A program made the translations under genes and the position numbers. Below, in pieces: positions 18,716 to 27,360 of a stretch of 64,000 nucleotides of DNA (within the stretch, counting starts at the first letter, position 1; each line of letters opens with the position of its first letter). The stretch covers positions 4,534 through 68,533 of the forward strand of contig JAKLKB010000024.1 in the NCBI GenBank assembly GCA_023150835.1, given 5' to 3'. The notes under the pieces were generated by a model. That model did no database searches and had not been told where the DNA came from. It was given only the letters and a program-made list of their open reading frames with translations. Source of the DNA: Myxococcota bacterium (GTDB lineage Bacteria; Myxococcota_C; UBA6777).

Positions 18716-19537
18716 TTATGGGGTGGGTTTGTTGGGAGTTGTGGGGGGGGGCTGCGTGGGGTTGCGTTCGGGGTTGATCTTGGGGAAGAGTTCTTCGGCG
18801 TTGGGTGGGCTGCCGAGCAGGAAGCGTCCTAAGTCGGCGATGGTGTTGTAGTGTTGGCTCCAAAGCGTAAAGCTGCGCCACCAAAGATCGCGGGGGCTAT
18901 TTTGGGCGGGGGCTTTGCCGTCGTCGGAGAGCAAGACGATCAATTCGTGGGCTTCTTGTTGTGCTTTTTTGATCTGGGCTTCTTGGAGATAGGGGATCGC
19001 GAAGGCTTGTGTGGGGTATTGGAGGAAGAGATCGCCCCACCACAGGACGTCTTCGGCATCGTCGCGAGAGCCTGTGCCTTTGGTGATCTTCTCGATCTGT
19101 TTTTGGAAGGCGTCACGTTGTTCTTGGGAGAAGATGGTTTCGTCGAAGAAGAGTGCTTGTGCCCAGCGGGTGAAGCGGCGGTCGTGAGATCGGACGATCT
19201 GGCTGAGTTCTTGGCGTCGTGCGAGCTGCTTGGGGGTCCAAGGCTTTTCTTGATCGAGATCGGCTTTGTAGTACACAAAGGTACATTCAGGAAGCTGATT
19301 CCATGCGCGCTCGTATTCTTGGAGGGTGTCGCCGTGGAAGCGGCGTTTGGCTTCGGCTTGGAGGGGATGGAAGTTTTGCAGCGTTTGCCGAGTGAGAGCG
19401 AGCGCACGGGTTCGTGAAACGCGAGGCCGCAAACGTTCTTTTTCTTGGATCTGGGCGAGTTTTGCTTGGTAGCGAGAGGACAGTTCAGAGAGGGTTTCGT
19501 CGTTGGGAAGGGGCAAGAATTCGTCTTGCAAAGTCAT
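18716..19537 (-). CDS. Hypothetical all-helical protein with Pro-rich tail
   Basis: AGGAG RBS before ATG 19537; 273-aa open frame with protein-like composition. Confidence 0.75.
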   Translation of the reverse strand: MTLQDEFLPLPNDETLSELSSRYQAKLAQIQEKERLRPRVSRTRALALTRQTLQNFHPLQAEAKRRFHGDTLQEYERAWNQLPECTFVYYKADLDQEKPWTPKQLARRQELSQIVRSHDRRFTRWAQALFFDETIFSQEQRDAFQKQIEKITKGTGSRDDAEDVLWWGDLFLQYPTQAFAIPYLQEAQIKKAQQEAHELIVLLSDDGKAPAQNSPRDLWWRSFTLWSQHYNTIADLGRFLLGSPPNAEELFPKINPERNPTQPPPTTPNKPTP

Positions 19538-19628
19538 CGATCCGACTCCTTTCGTGGTTTGGGTTTGTTTGACAAGGACGGCAACCATTAAGACGAAATC
19601 TTTGGTTGAAGTCAATCCCATAGGTAAT

Positions 19629-19789
19629 AGGGCAGCCACAGGGGGCTGCCCCTACATCTTTACGCAGACGCCCTGTAATAGGGCAGCCACAGGGGGCTGC
19701 CCCTACATCTTTACGCAGACGCCCTGTAATAGGGCAGCCACAGGGGGCTGCCCCTACATCTTTACGCAGACAACGGGCGGATCTCGTAT
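19629..19789 (-). repeat. Three GTAG-REP hairpins (51-bp period) with a family B left TIR
   Basis: AGGGCAGCCACAGGGGGCTGCCCCTAC at 19629, 19680 and 19731; GGATCTCGTAT at 19779-19789. Confidence 0.9.
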
Positions 19790-20009
19790 GAGGCTCCCTT
19801 TTGTGCTTTGCGAAGTGTGAGACTCCCTTCTGTCGTTTTCCGTGTTTTCCGTGTTTTTCGTGGACTTGTCTTGTGGGGAGGAGAGGGATGGGGCTAAGAT
19901 AGGGACACACCTTGCCGAAGTGAGGTTGTTGTTGAGGTCGTCTGTGTCGTCGAACAGGACAGGCCCGTTGACGGAAAGCCTGTTCTCCATCCCAACCGAT
20001 TGAGGCGTT

Positions 20010-23000
20010 ATGTACAACCATCTTCCAATCTACCAAGCCCCGTATCCGAAAGATATCTTGCGTTCGCCTGATCCGCATGTGTTTTTTGCTTCGTTTGATT
20101 TCTTGCTTGAAAGCGACCCGAGCTTTGGCGGTTTGGGGGCATCGTTGACGATGCTTCACGCGATGATGACGAGGCCCCAGTATCTCGTTTTAGTCAAAAA
20201 GCTCCCGCTGGCATCGCAGGATCCGAAAGCTTTTTTGGCGTATGTTGTTTGTGTGCTGTACGACGCCGAGAGGGTGGAGGCGTTGCCATCGGAGGTTGCA
20301 GAAGGCTTCGCCCGATTTCTTTCCAAAGCGGAGGGGGGCGCGCTTGAGCGGGCAGCGGAACGCTTGGCGCGTTATTTGTTGATCTTTGGGCCTCAACAAC
20401 TGGTGTCGGGCCATTCGGCCTTTTCGCAGCGTTTGGGGCTGTTGCGCGAAGCGTTGTTGGTATGGATCGGGACTTTTCCTGTGGAACACCCGCCAGACGA
20501 TCAAGCGATCCGGGATCAGTTGTGGGCGATCGTGCCGCATTATTTTCCTGAGCATTTTCCGCATCTCTTCCCAAAAAACGAGCGTGTCGAGGATACGGAT
20601 TCGTGGAAAGATACGTTGGTGACGGGGGTGGATCTGCGGGGCAGACTTTCGACCTCTGTTGAACCGCCAGCCTCCTTTGAACCCCTTGAACGGCCAGCCC
20701 CGCTTGATCCGCTTGATCCGCTTGCATGGAGAGGGGAGCGATGGGAGCGTTTGAGCGCAGCGGAAGACGATTTGGATACAACGATCACGACGGGAGGATG
20801 GACCGTTGGGGAGGCATCCGACGAAGGAGCCATGTTTGGGGAGAGTCCTGACGAAGACAAGCCGAGCGGTGCGGTGCTTCCTGTGTTGTCCCGTTCGCCT
20901 GTCGTGAAGCCCGAAGCCGAAATACGCGAGGCGGGCTACGGTTTGCGCCGAGGTCAGCCGTTGGTGGAGGAACGCCCAGCGGATGCACAAAAATCCGAAG
21001 ATTGGGGAGAGGACAGCGATGATCTCCGTGTGGATGAGCTTGTTGAGTACGACGAGGAAGAAGCGGAGGAGACCTCAGAGGCCGTTCCTGCCGATGAAGT
21101 GATTCTTACGGGTCTGCCGAAACCTGCCCCGCGCCCTGCCGACGATATCCTGAGCCGCTCGATGCCTTCTGGTGCGAAACCCAAGCCCGCTCCGCCGCCT
21201 TCGTATGAAGTGGGACGTTTGAGTTTGGAATCCAAGCCCGTTCCCCCCTCTGTTGTCGAGAAGCCGCCGTTGCCCGAAGAACCTCCGTCGATGCAGCCGT
21301 TTGATTACACCAGTACGACGCGAGCGGGGGTGCTTCCTCCGACGACCTTCCCCATCCCACCCGGTGCGCCGCCGCTTCCACCGCAAACTTCGGCAGCGCC
21401 GCTTCCACCGCAAACTTCGGCAGCGCCGCCTCCCCCCCCGAAAACCTCGCAGTTGCCCCCTGCTCCGCAGAAACCCTCGGCAGCGCCGGCAGCACGTGGA
21501 GGAGTCGCACCTGTCCCGATGCGTTTCGAGCGTGACGAACACACCGTGCTATCAAGCACAGGTCAATTCGATGCTTTTCAAGGCACACCAGTGGAGGATC
21601 GTTCGACGACAACGAAGACGGAAACCGCGAAGGCCCCGCCGCTTCCCTCTGGGGGAGCGCCCGCTGCTCCGTTCGGTGGACTTCCTGCCAGCACACCACC
21701 GCTTGAACCTTCGGGATATGCGGCCCCGATGCCTCCCACCTCCCGCTCTTCGGGATATGCGGCTCCGATGCCTCCCCCTCCGCCACCTCCTCCGATCTCT
21801 TCGGCAGATGCGGCTCCGCCCGCTGTGTCTGCACCTGCTGGACCACCTGCCTTTCGTGGACCCGCAGCACCCGCGCCTGCGCCCGCAGCACTCGCGCCTG
21901 CGCCCGCAGCACCCGCGCCTGCGCCCGCAGCACCCGCACCTGCGCCCGCAGCACCCGCACCCGCACCTGCGCCTGCGTCCGATGCACCTGCCTCTGTCGC
22001 AGCGCCTGCACCCGCAGCACCTGCGAGACGGAGTGGTGGGGCGGCTCCGTCGTTGGGCAAAGGGGCGTCTTCTTTGGGTCCACAAAGCGGAGAAGTCGCA
22101 CCAGAACTGGACGATTCGAGGGACTTGGGCGGAATATCCGATCGTGAACGCAACCGCGCTCCGATGAGAGCAGCGGCGAAGCGCAGCGACGAAGCTCGCG
22201 GTGAGGCCTCGTCCAAAGATGGAGCAAAGCGTAGCGACGAAGCTTTGTTGAAAGACGCGCTGTCGACGGAGGAGGGTGCGGGAACGGGCTTTGAAGAAAA
22301 AGCGAAAAAGAAAAGAAAGGCCGCAGACAAGTACTCCGAAGAGATGGAGAAAGAGCAAGCCGAGGCACCTCGCCCCGTAGAAGAGGGCGGCGAACAAGAG
22401 ATCACGCGCAGCCAACAAGAGCTTCGCCTTGAAGAACAAAAGGCGACACTCAGCGAGCAAGACGGCCAACAAAAGCTGATCCGCAGAGAACGAGAGATCG
22501 AGCGAGCGCCCGCCAAAGAAGCCAAAGCGGAATTCGCGCAGCTTCCCGATGAAGAAGTCGCTTCTTCCGTTCTCGAAGAAGATGCTCCGTCGATGAAAGC
22601 GGATCTGGCGCAGTTTTCCGATGGAGAAGCGGCCTCTCCCGTTCTCGAAGAAGCGAGAGAGCCGAGGGCGCCCGACAAAAAATCTCTTTCGGGTGCTGCG
22701 GGTGGAGACGCCGATCTTGGCCCATCTGCGGAAGTTTCTGAACCATCGCCGATGCGTTCGTCCTTGCCGATGCCGCCAGCCCCGTCGATGCCGCCAGCCG
22801 AGATACCTCCGATCGCGTTGGGAAAAGCTCCCTATCCCCAACAAGCTCCGATCGAGGCTCCTGCGCGTTCCAAGTCAGCGTTTTCTGCGTTGGGTCGGAT
22901 CATCTCGACGATCTTGATGTTCCCATTGATCGTGTTGGCTGCGCCGTTTGCGGCGTTGTACTGGGTGGGAAAGCAGATCAAACGTGGCGTGGGATGGATG

Positions 23001-24215
23001 TTTTCACGCAGTCGGGCAGCGTTGGAGAAGAAAGCCCAAGAAAAGGGCGTCAAACTGTACGAGTTGTTTTTGAGTGAAGAAGCCACAAAGCCCGGGCCGA
23101 TCGAACGAACCATCGCACAATCGAAAGTGCTATTGCGTGTGGTCTCGGCGTTTTTTGGGTTGTGGACGGTGGCGCTGTTGTGCTTTGTGGATGCGGTGTT
23201 GTCGGTGTTTACGCAATATGCGCACAAGCTGTTGGGTTATTGGAAGACGTTGAAATCCAAAGGCAAGACCTTTTTGCGCAAACGCAATCGCACGCTGCAT
23301 CAAGGAATGGCCGAAGATCTGATGAAGTTGCGTTTGCAGCTTTCGCAGCTACTGCTGATGCCGGGGTTTTCGCCGCAAGAATGTGCGGCGTCGATCTCGA
23401 AAGAAGAACTCAAAGCGTTGGTGCTTTCGCCAACATTTCCGTTGCATCAAGTCCTTGAAGCGCGATGCCGCCTCGATGAAGTGAAGACCGATATCGGAGG
23501 GCTTTCGAGCTTTCATCTCCAGACATTTCTGAAAAAAGCGGTAAAAGGTGGGATCTTGCAGGTTGGCGAAAAGATCCTTGATCTGTTTAAGCACATCGTC
23601 CCCAATCCTTTTTTGTTTGTGCGTGGGTGGAAGGATCTGTATCTGATGTGGCGTTATATGCGCTATTCTCGGCGCGAGTTGCTTGAGATGTATGCGCGTC
23701 TTGTGGATGACTTTCAGACCTTGCTTGCGATGTCGCTTGAATCCGCCAACGCCAAAGACGCCGAAAAGGATGTCGCCCCCGAAACCATCGAACCTGTCTT
23801 GATGGCGCTGTTTCCGTATGAAGAAGCGTTGTTTGAGCGGCTGGGTTTGCAGAGAAACAGCTTGTTGCAAAAAAGCGAGATGAACCAGCGTCTTGCTGTC
23901 GAAGCGACACAGCGGGATATGCAGCGGTTGTTGCAGGTGATGTGTCTTGCAGGGCGCTTTTTGTTGCCGCAGCGTTGGTCGCGGGCTGAACTGCTGCTCG
24001 AATACCAAGCGATGTCCGCCAACAACCGTTTTTCGCCGCAAGTTGCCCTCGAAGTCGAGGCTTGGCTCGATCAAGAAGTCAAGCAGATCATCGACTCCAC
24101 CAAGATCCTCGCCCCCCATGAAGAATTCGAAGCACAGCTCCAAGAAGAGGCCCTCCGAAAGTCTCGACAACGCGCCCTGCGTAAGATCGTCAAACAACGT
24201 GGCTTTTGGGTCTGA
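20010..24215 (+). CDS. Large hypothetical protein: globular N-terminus, long Pro/Ala/Glu-rich disordered region, two hydrophobic helices, helical C-terminal domain
   Basis: 1401-codon ORF with GAGG RBS; PAPAA repeats; hydrophobic segments IISTILMFPLIVLAAPFAALYW and VVSAFFGLWTVALLCFV. Confidence 0.85.
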   Translation: MYNHLPIYQAPYPKDILRSPDPHVFFASFDFLLESDPSFGGLGASLTMLHAMMTRPQYLVLVKKLPLASQDPKAFLAYVVCVLYDAERVEALPSEVAEGFARFLSKAEGGALERAAERLARYLLIFGPQQLVSGHSAFSQRLGLLREALLVWIGTFPVEHPPDDQAIRDQLWAIVPHYFPEHFPHLFPKNERVEDTDSWKDTLVTGVDLRGRLSTSVEPPASFEPLERPAPLDPLDPLAWRGERWERLSAAEDDLDTTITTGGWTVGEASDEGAMFGESPDEDKPSGAVLPVLSRSPVVKPEAEIREAGYGLRRGQPLVEERPADAQKSEDWGEDSDDLRVDELVEYDEEEAEETSEAVPADEVILTGLPKPAPRPADDILSRSMPSGAKPKPAPPPSYEVGRLSLESKPVPPSVVEKPPLPEEPPSMQPFDYTSTTRAGVLPPTTFPIPPGAPPLPPQTSAAPLPPQTSAAPPPPPKTSQLPPAPQKPSAAPAARGGVAPVPMRFERDEHTVLSSTGQFDAFQGTPVEDRSTTTKTETAKAPPLPSGGAPAAPFGGLPASTPPLEPSGYAAPMPPTSRSSGYAAPMPPPPPPPPISSADAAPPAVSAPAGPPAFRGPAAPAPAPAALAPAPAAPAPAPAAPAPAPAAPAPAPAPASDAPASVAAPAPAAPARRSGGAAPSLGKGASSLGPQSGEVAPELDDSRDLGGISDRERNRAPMRAAAKRSDEARGEASSKDGAKRSDEALLKDALSTEEGAGTGFEEKAKKKRKAADKYSEEMEKEQAEAPRPVEEGGEQEITRSQQELRLEEQKATLSEQDGQQKLIRREREIERAPAKEAKAEFAQLPDEEVASSVLEEDAPSMKADLAQFSDGEAASPVLEEAREPRAPDKKSLSGAAGGDADLGPSAEVSEPSPMRSSLPMPPAPSMPPAEIPPIALGKAPYPQQAPIEAPARSKSAFSALGRIISTILMFPLIVLAAPFAALYWVGKQIKRGVGWMFSRSRAALEKKAQEKGVKLYELFLSEEATKPGPIERTIAQSKVLLRVVSAFFGLWTVALLCFVDAVLSVFTQYAHKLLGYWKTLKSKGKTFLRKRNRTLHQGMAEDLMKLRLQLSQLLLMPGFSPQECAASISKEELKALVLSPTFPLHQVLEARCRLDEVKTDIGGLSSFHLQTFLKKAVKGGILQVGEKILDLFKHIVPNPFLFVRGWKDLYLMWRYMRYSRRELLEMYARLVDDFQTLLAMSLESANAKDAEKDVAPETIEPVLMALFPYEEALFERLGLQRNSLLQKSEMNQRLAVEATQRDMQRLLQVMCLAGRFLLPQRWSRAELLLEYQAMSANNRFSPQVALEVEAWLDQEVKQIIDSTKILAPHEEFEAQLQEEALRKSRQRALRKIVKQRGFWV

Positions 24216-24230
24216 TTCTGCTTAGGGGTT

Positions 24231-24345
24231 ATACGAGATCCGCCCGCTGCGTGATCGTAAAAAAGTAGGGGCAGCCCCCTGTGGCTGCCCAAGCACAGGG
24301 CGTCTTCGCGCTCTCCTTCGATCACAGATCACTTGGATATCGTAT
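24231..24345. mobile_element. Family B MITE (115 bp) with internal GTAG-REP
   Basis: ATACGAGATCC...GTAGGGGCAGCCCCCTGTGGCTGCCC...AGGGCGTCT...GGATATCGTAT. Confidence 0.85.
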
Positions 24346-24877
24346 TATCGTCGGAGGGTGGGGGATTGCGGGGGAGGATTTGGTAGCCACAGCCTTTGAG
24401 AAGGTGGGGGCGGCTGGTGAATTCGATGCGGGGCCATTGGCGGCAGATGGCGGGCCGAAGGGGATATTGCCCGCAGCGTCCGTCTTTTTGGAGGTATCGG
24501 CAACTCATGACTTTGACGACTTCGCCGTTGGGGCCTTCGGCATCGAAGCCGCGAGAATAAAAGCCGTGTATATCTGTATGCCACCACAGCCAGAACGCCC
24601 GAAACCAAGGCCATTTGTCCAAGATCGGAGGCCATTGCATCAGGATGTAGTGGCAGCAATGACCGCGTTGTTTGCAGCCGCCTGTGATCTTGTAAGGGGG
24701 AGGGGAGAGGGTTTGGATGATTTTTTGGACGACCAGATCGAGCAGCATAAAAGGCAGGACAAGGGCTTTGAGAGCGAAGCGAAGGGGCGCGGGGGTGCGT
24801 TGTGGGGGGATGCCTTCGGGTGGAGGGCCGGGCTGTTGAGAGGATTCGGTGCGCCAGTGATGCGAACGGGCAGGCAT
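24329..24877 (-). CDS. YkgJ-like cysteine-cluster (Zn/Fe-S) protein
   Basis: CKQRGHCC ... CRYL..DGRC..Y..RPAICRQWP ... CGY. Confidence 0.8.
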   Translation of the reverse strand: MPARSHHWRTESSQQPGPPPEGIPPQRTPAPLRFALKALVLPFMLLDLVVQKIIQTLSPPPYKITGGCKQRGHCCHYILMQWPPILDKWPWFRAFWLWWHTDIHGFYSRGFDAEGPNGEVVKVMSCRYLQKDGRCGQYPLRPAICRQWPRIEFTSRPHLLKGCGYQILPRNPPPSDDNTISK

Positions 24878-24919
24878 GGGGGTTCCTTTACAGGGGCGGT
24901 TGGTGGGGCAGAAGATCGC

Positions 24920-25106
24920 TCATCGATCTTTTAATTTTTCAAAATGGAGCAAGCATAGCAAAAAGGCGTCTGTGTCGGGTTGGCTTGTGAAAGAGTGCGT
25001 AGTAAGCTGCCGATACAGCGCGACGAAGGCTTGCTTGTTTGGGGCGTCTGGGTTCGTTTTGTGCGAGTCTTTTGGCTTGTGAAAGAAGATCTTCTGCGTA
25101 CCCCAC
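24920..25106 (-). pseudogene. HEPN-domain gene remnant (internal deletion plus frameshift)
   Basis: AAGGAG + GTG; DLLSQAKRLA..RRPKQASLRRAVSAAYYALFH, then a stop after 55 aa. A C-terminal-like AFLLCLL segment follows in another frame. Confidence 0.7.
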
Positions 25107-25119
25107 TTGATGCGCTCCT

Positions 25120-25425
25120 TTAGGATACAACGAGGCGTTCGAGGTGTGCTTGTTCTTGGAGTTCGGCTTCCGTTTTGAAGTGGATATAGGGCCACGCATC
25201 CAAAAAGAAGGGCTGCCATATTTCTTCGATCTTTTGCCGTAGGGTTGTGCGTGTTTGCTTGGATTGTGCGTTGGTGGTGGCTTTGAGGACGATCCAAAGC
25301 CACAACGCATGGTCGCCTGTCGAGTCAAGCGCGTATTCGTACTGGATTTCTTTGACTGCGTTGGTAGGCATCGCTTGTTGGATCTCTTTGAGCGCTTTCT
25401 CTAAGGAATTTTTTTGTTTTGGCAT
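25120..25425 (-). CDS. Small hypothetical protein, possible degenerate minimal nucleotidyltransferase-like partner of the HEPN gene
   Basis: GAGG RBS; DSTGDHALWLWIVL and WPYIHFKT; lies directly upstream of the HEPN remnant. Confidence 0.6.
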   Translation of the reverse strand: MPKQKNSLEKALKEIQQAMPTNAVKEIQYEYALDSTGDHALWLWIVLKATTNAQSKQTRTTLRQKIEEIWQPFFLDAWPYIHFKTEAELQEQAHLERLVVS

Positions 25426-25533
25426 GAAAACCTCTCTGTTAACTAGTATTTACTCCGATCTCGGTCCGAGAAGACATGGGTTCGAGCAAGTTAGAGCAGC
25501 GGGTGCGTTTTGTCACGGTGGCTTGGGGGCCGT

Positions 25534-26556
25534 TTAGCGGGGAGTGAAGCGAGGTTGGCCGTAGAAAGGGAAGTAGACGTTGTAAGTAATGTATCCATCG
25601 GGCTTGGGGGTGGGTAAGGCCCCGAGTCCGACTTTGAGGAGAGAGTCGGGTTTGAGGGAGTTGATGAAGTCTTTTTCGATCTTGAAGCGGATATCGCCGC
25701 GAAAGATGCTGTAGCGGAAGTTGGGGTTGAGTTGGATCTTGCCTGTCACTTGGAGGTCGATATCGCCGCCAAATGCGCGAACATTGGAGAGATCGGCGAT
25801 AGCTTTTTCCATTTTGATCTCGATATTGAGGGTGCCGAGGTTGAGGCGTGGGACGGGGAGTTCACCCATCTGGCCGGCGGGGAAGTAGCCCGGGCCGATC
25901 GAGAAGTTGCGGATCGTGAGTTTGATCTTGCCGGTGCTACGGTTGAGATCGATGGCGTTGGGAGGTGGGCGAAAGGTGGGGCGTTTGTTTTTGCCTTGTG
26001 GAGCGGGGGCGTTGGTGGGAGGGAGTAGATCGAGGTTGATATCGCCGCGAACGGCACCGAATACAGGGGCAAAAAGGATCTCAAGCAGCGGCTTGGCGTC
26101 GGGGTTTTTGAGCATCTTTCCGCTGGTGGGGCCGAGAAGGGCGAGTTGTAAGCCGTCGAGGTTGGCTTGGACGGAGATCTCGTTTTTTCGGGAGCGAGAG
26201 AACGAGCCGTTGAGTTCGCCGCTGGCGATCTCGGCAAAGAAGGAAGCCGAGAGACTGCCCCAGAGTAAGGGGAAGATGGAGAGTCGAGCGCGGACTTGCG
26301 GGATCTGAACTTCGGCGATGCCCTTGGGGACGAGACGTTGGAGGTTGAGGTCTTGGATGTGTACGCCCGTGAGGTAATAGGGGCGAAGGTCGTTCATTTG
26401 GATGCGGGTTTGGGTGGCGCGTTGGACGGGAACGGAAAAAGCGTCAAAAAGCCGTCTGTAGGGGAAAGTTTGGTAGAGGAAGAACAGAAAGGAAAAGAAA
26501 GCGAGGGCAGCATAAGCTGTCCAACGGAGGAGCTTTTGGAGACGTTCTCTTTGCAT
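25534..26556 (-). CDS. gspN: Type II secretion system protein N
   Basis: N-terminal TM followed by FLY.TFPY, beta-rich body; last gene of the gsp operon. Confidence 0.8.
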   Translation of the reverse strand: MQRERLQKLLRWTAYAALAFFSFLFFLYQTFPYRRLFDAFSVPVQRATQTRIQMNDLRPYYLTGVHIQDLNLQRLVPKGIAEVQIPQVRARLSIFPLLWGSLSASFFAEIASGELNGSFSRSRKNEISVQANLDGLQLALLGPTSGKMLKNPDAKPLLEILFAPVFGAVRGDINLDLLPPTNAPAPQGKNKRPTFRPPPNAIDLNRSTGKIKLTIRNFSIGPGYFPAGQMGELPVPRLNLGTLNIEIKMEKAIADLSNVRAFGGDIDLQVTGKIQLNPNFRYSIFRGDIRFKIEKDFINSLKPDSLLKVGLGALPTPKPDGYITYNVYFPFYGQPRFTPR

Positions 26557-26563
26557 GACGGCC

Positions 26564-27139
26564 TCAGTTTTGGGCGAGATCGTAAGTGGAGACAGTGGCG
26601 TTAAAGTCGGGCTTTGCGGGTTCAGAGAAGTTGGGACTCATGCGAAGCTCGCGGACTTTGACGATCTGGCCGGAGTTTTCGATGCCATCGAGAAAGCGAG
26701 CCAGAGCGCCCAGATCGGCAGCGGTGATACTGATACGGACGGAGCGTTCGCGTAGGCGAGAGGCGTTGGGGGCGGCGGAAGGTGCATCGGAGACGGGATT
26801 CATGGAGGAGATATTGATGCTGTGTTTTTGGCTGAGTTGATCGAGAAAGGTGATGAGGTTGAGGCGTCCGGCTTGTTTGATGCGCTGTTCGAGGCGTTCG
26901 ACTTTGCGTTTGGCGACTTCAAAGCGGCTTTGGAGTTGGGCGATCTGAGCCAGTTGTTTGACGAGTTCTTGGTTGCTGCTTTCGCGGCTTTTGAAGCTAC
27001 CGCCGATCACAAGGTCGCCGATGTAAAGGAGCAAGAGCAGGCCGACGACACCGATGATCAGGGCCAAGACACGATCACGCGGAGATTGTTGTTCGAGATA
27101 AGCGGTGACTTGATCAACCTTTTCTTCAAAGAAAGCCAT
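26564..27139 (-). CDS. gspM: Type II secretion system protein M
   Basis: SPRDR + TM + coiled coil + L.RFL..IE ferredoxin-like domain; operon position. Confidence 0.8.
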   Translation of the reverse strand: MAFFEEKVDQVTAYLEQQSPRDRVLALIIGVVGLLLLLYIGDLVIGGSFKSRESSNQELVKQLAQIAQLQSRFEVAKRKVERLEQRIKQAGRLNLITFLDQLSQKHSINISSMNPVSDAPSAAPNASRLRERSVRISITAADLGALARFLDGIENSGQIVKVRELRMSPNFSEPAKPDFNATVSTYDLAQN

Positions 27140-27218
27140 AATGCTTGCATTCCTTGTGGTATAGGGCAGTTTGCAGGTGTCTCAGCAGTCAAGGGGGCTG
27201 CATTGTTCGGTCGAGGTT

Positions 27219-27343
27219 GTGGGGCTTTGCCCAACGCCCCGCGCCCTTAGCGCGGCTGCCTTGACCCCGTATTGGCGCGGTGTTCCTTGGTTTTTCAATC
27301 GAACAGCCTTGCCGCTTGAAGTGGCGCGAACACGGGGGGTTTT
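27219..27343 (-). repeat. Family A element, copy 5, flanked by 20-bp direct repeats
   Basis: TCAGCAGTCAAGGGGGCTGC at 27182-27201 and 27361-27380 (the gspL 3' end). Confidence 0.85.
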
Positions 27344-27360
27344 GTCCACAGCCCATTGTT

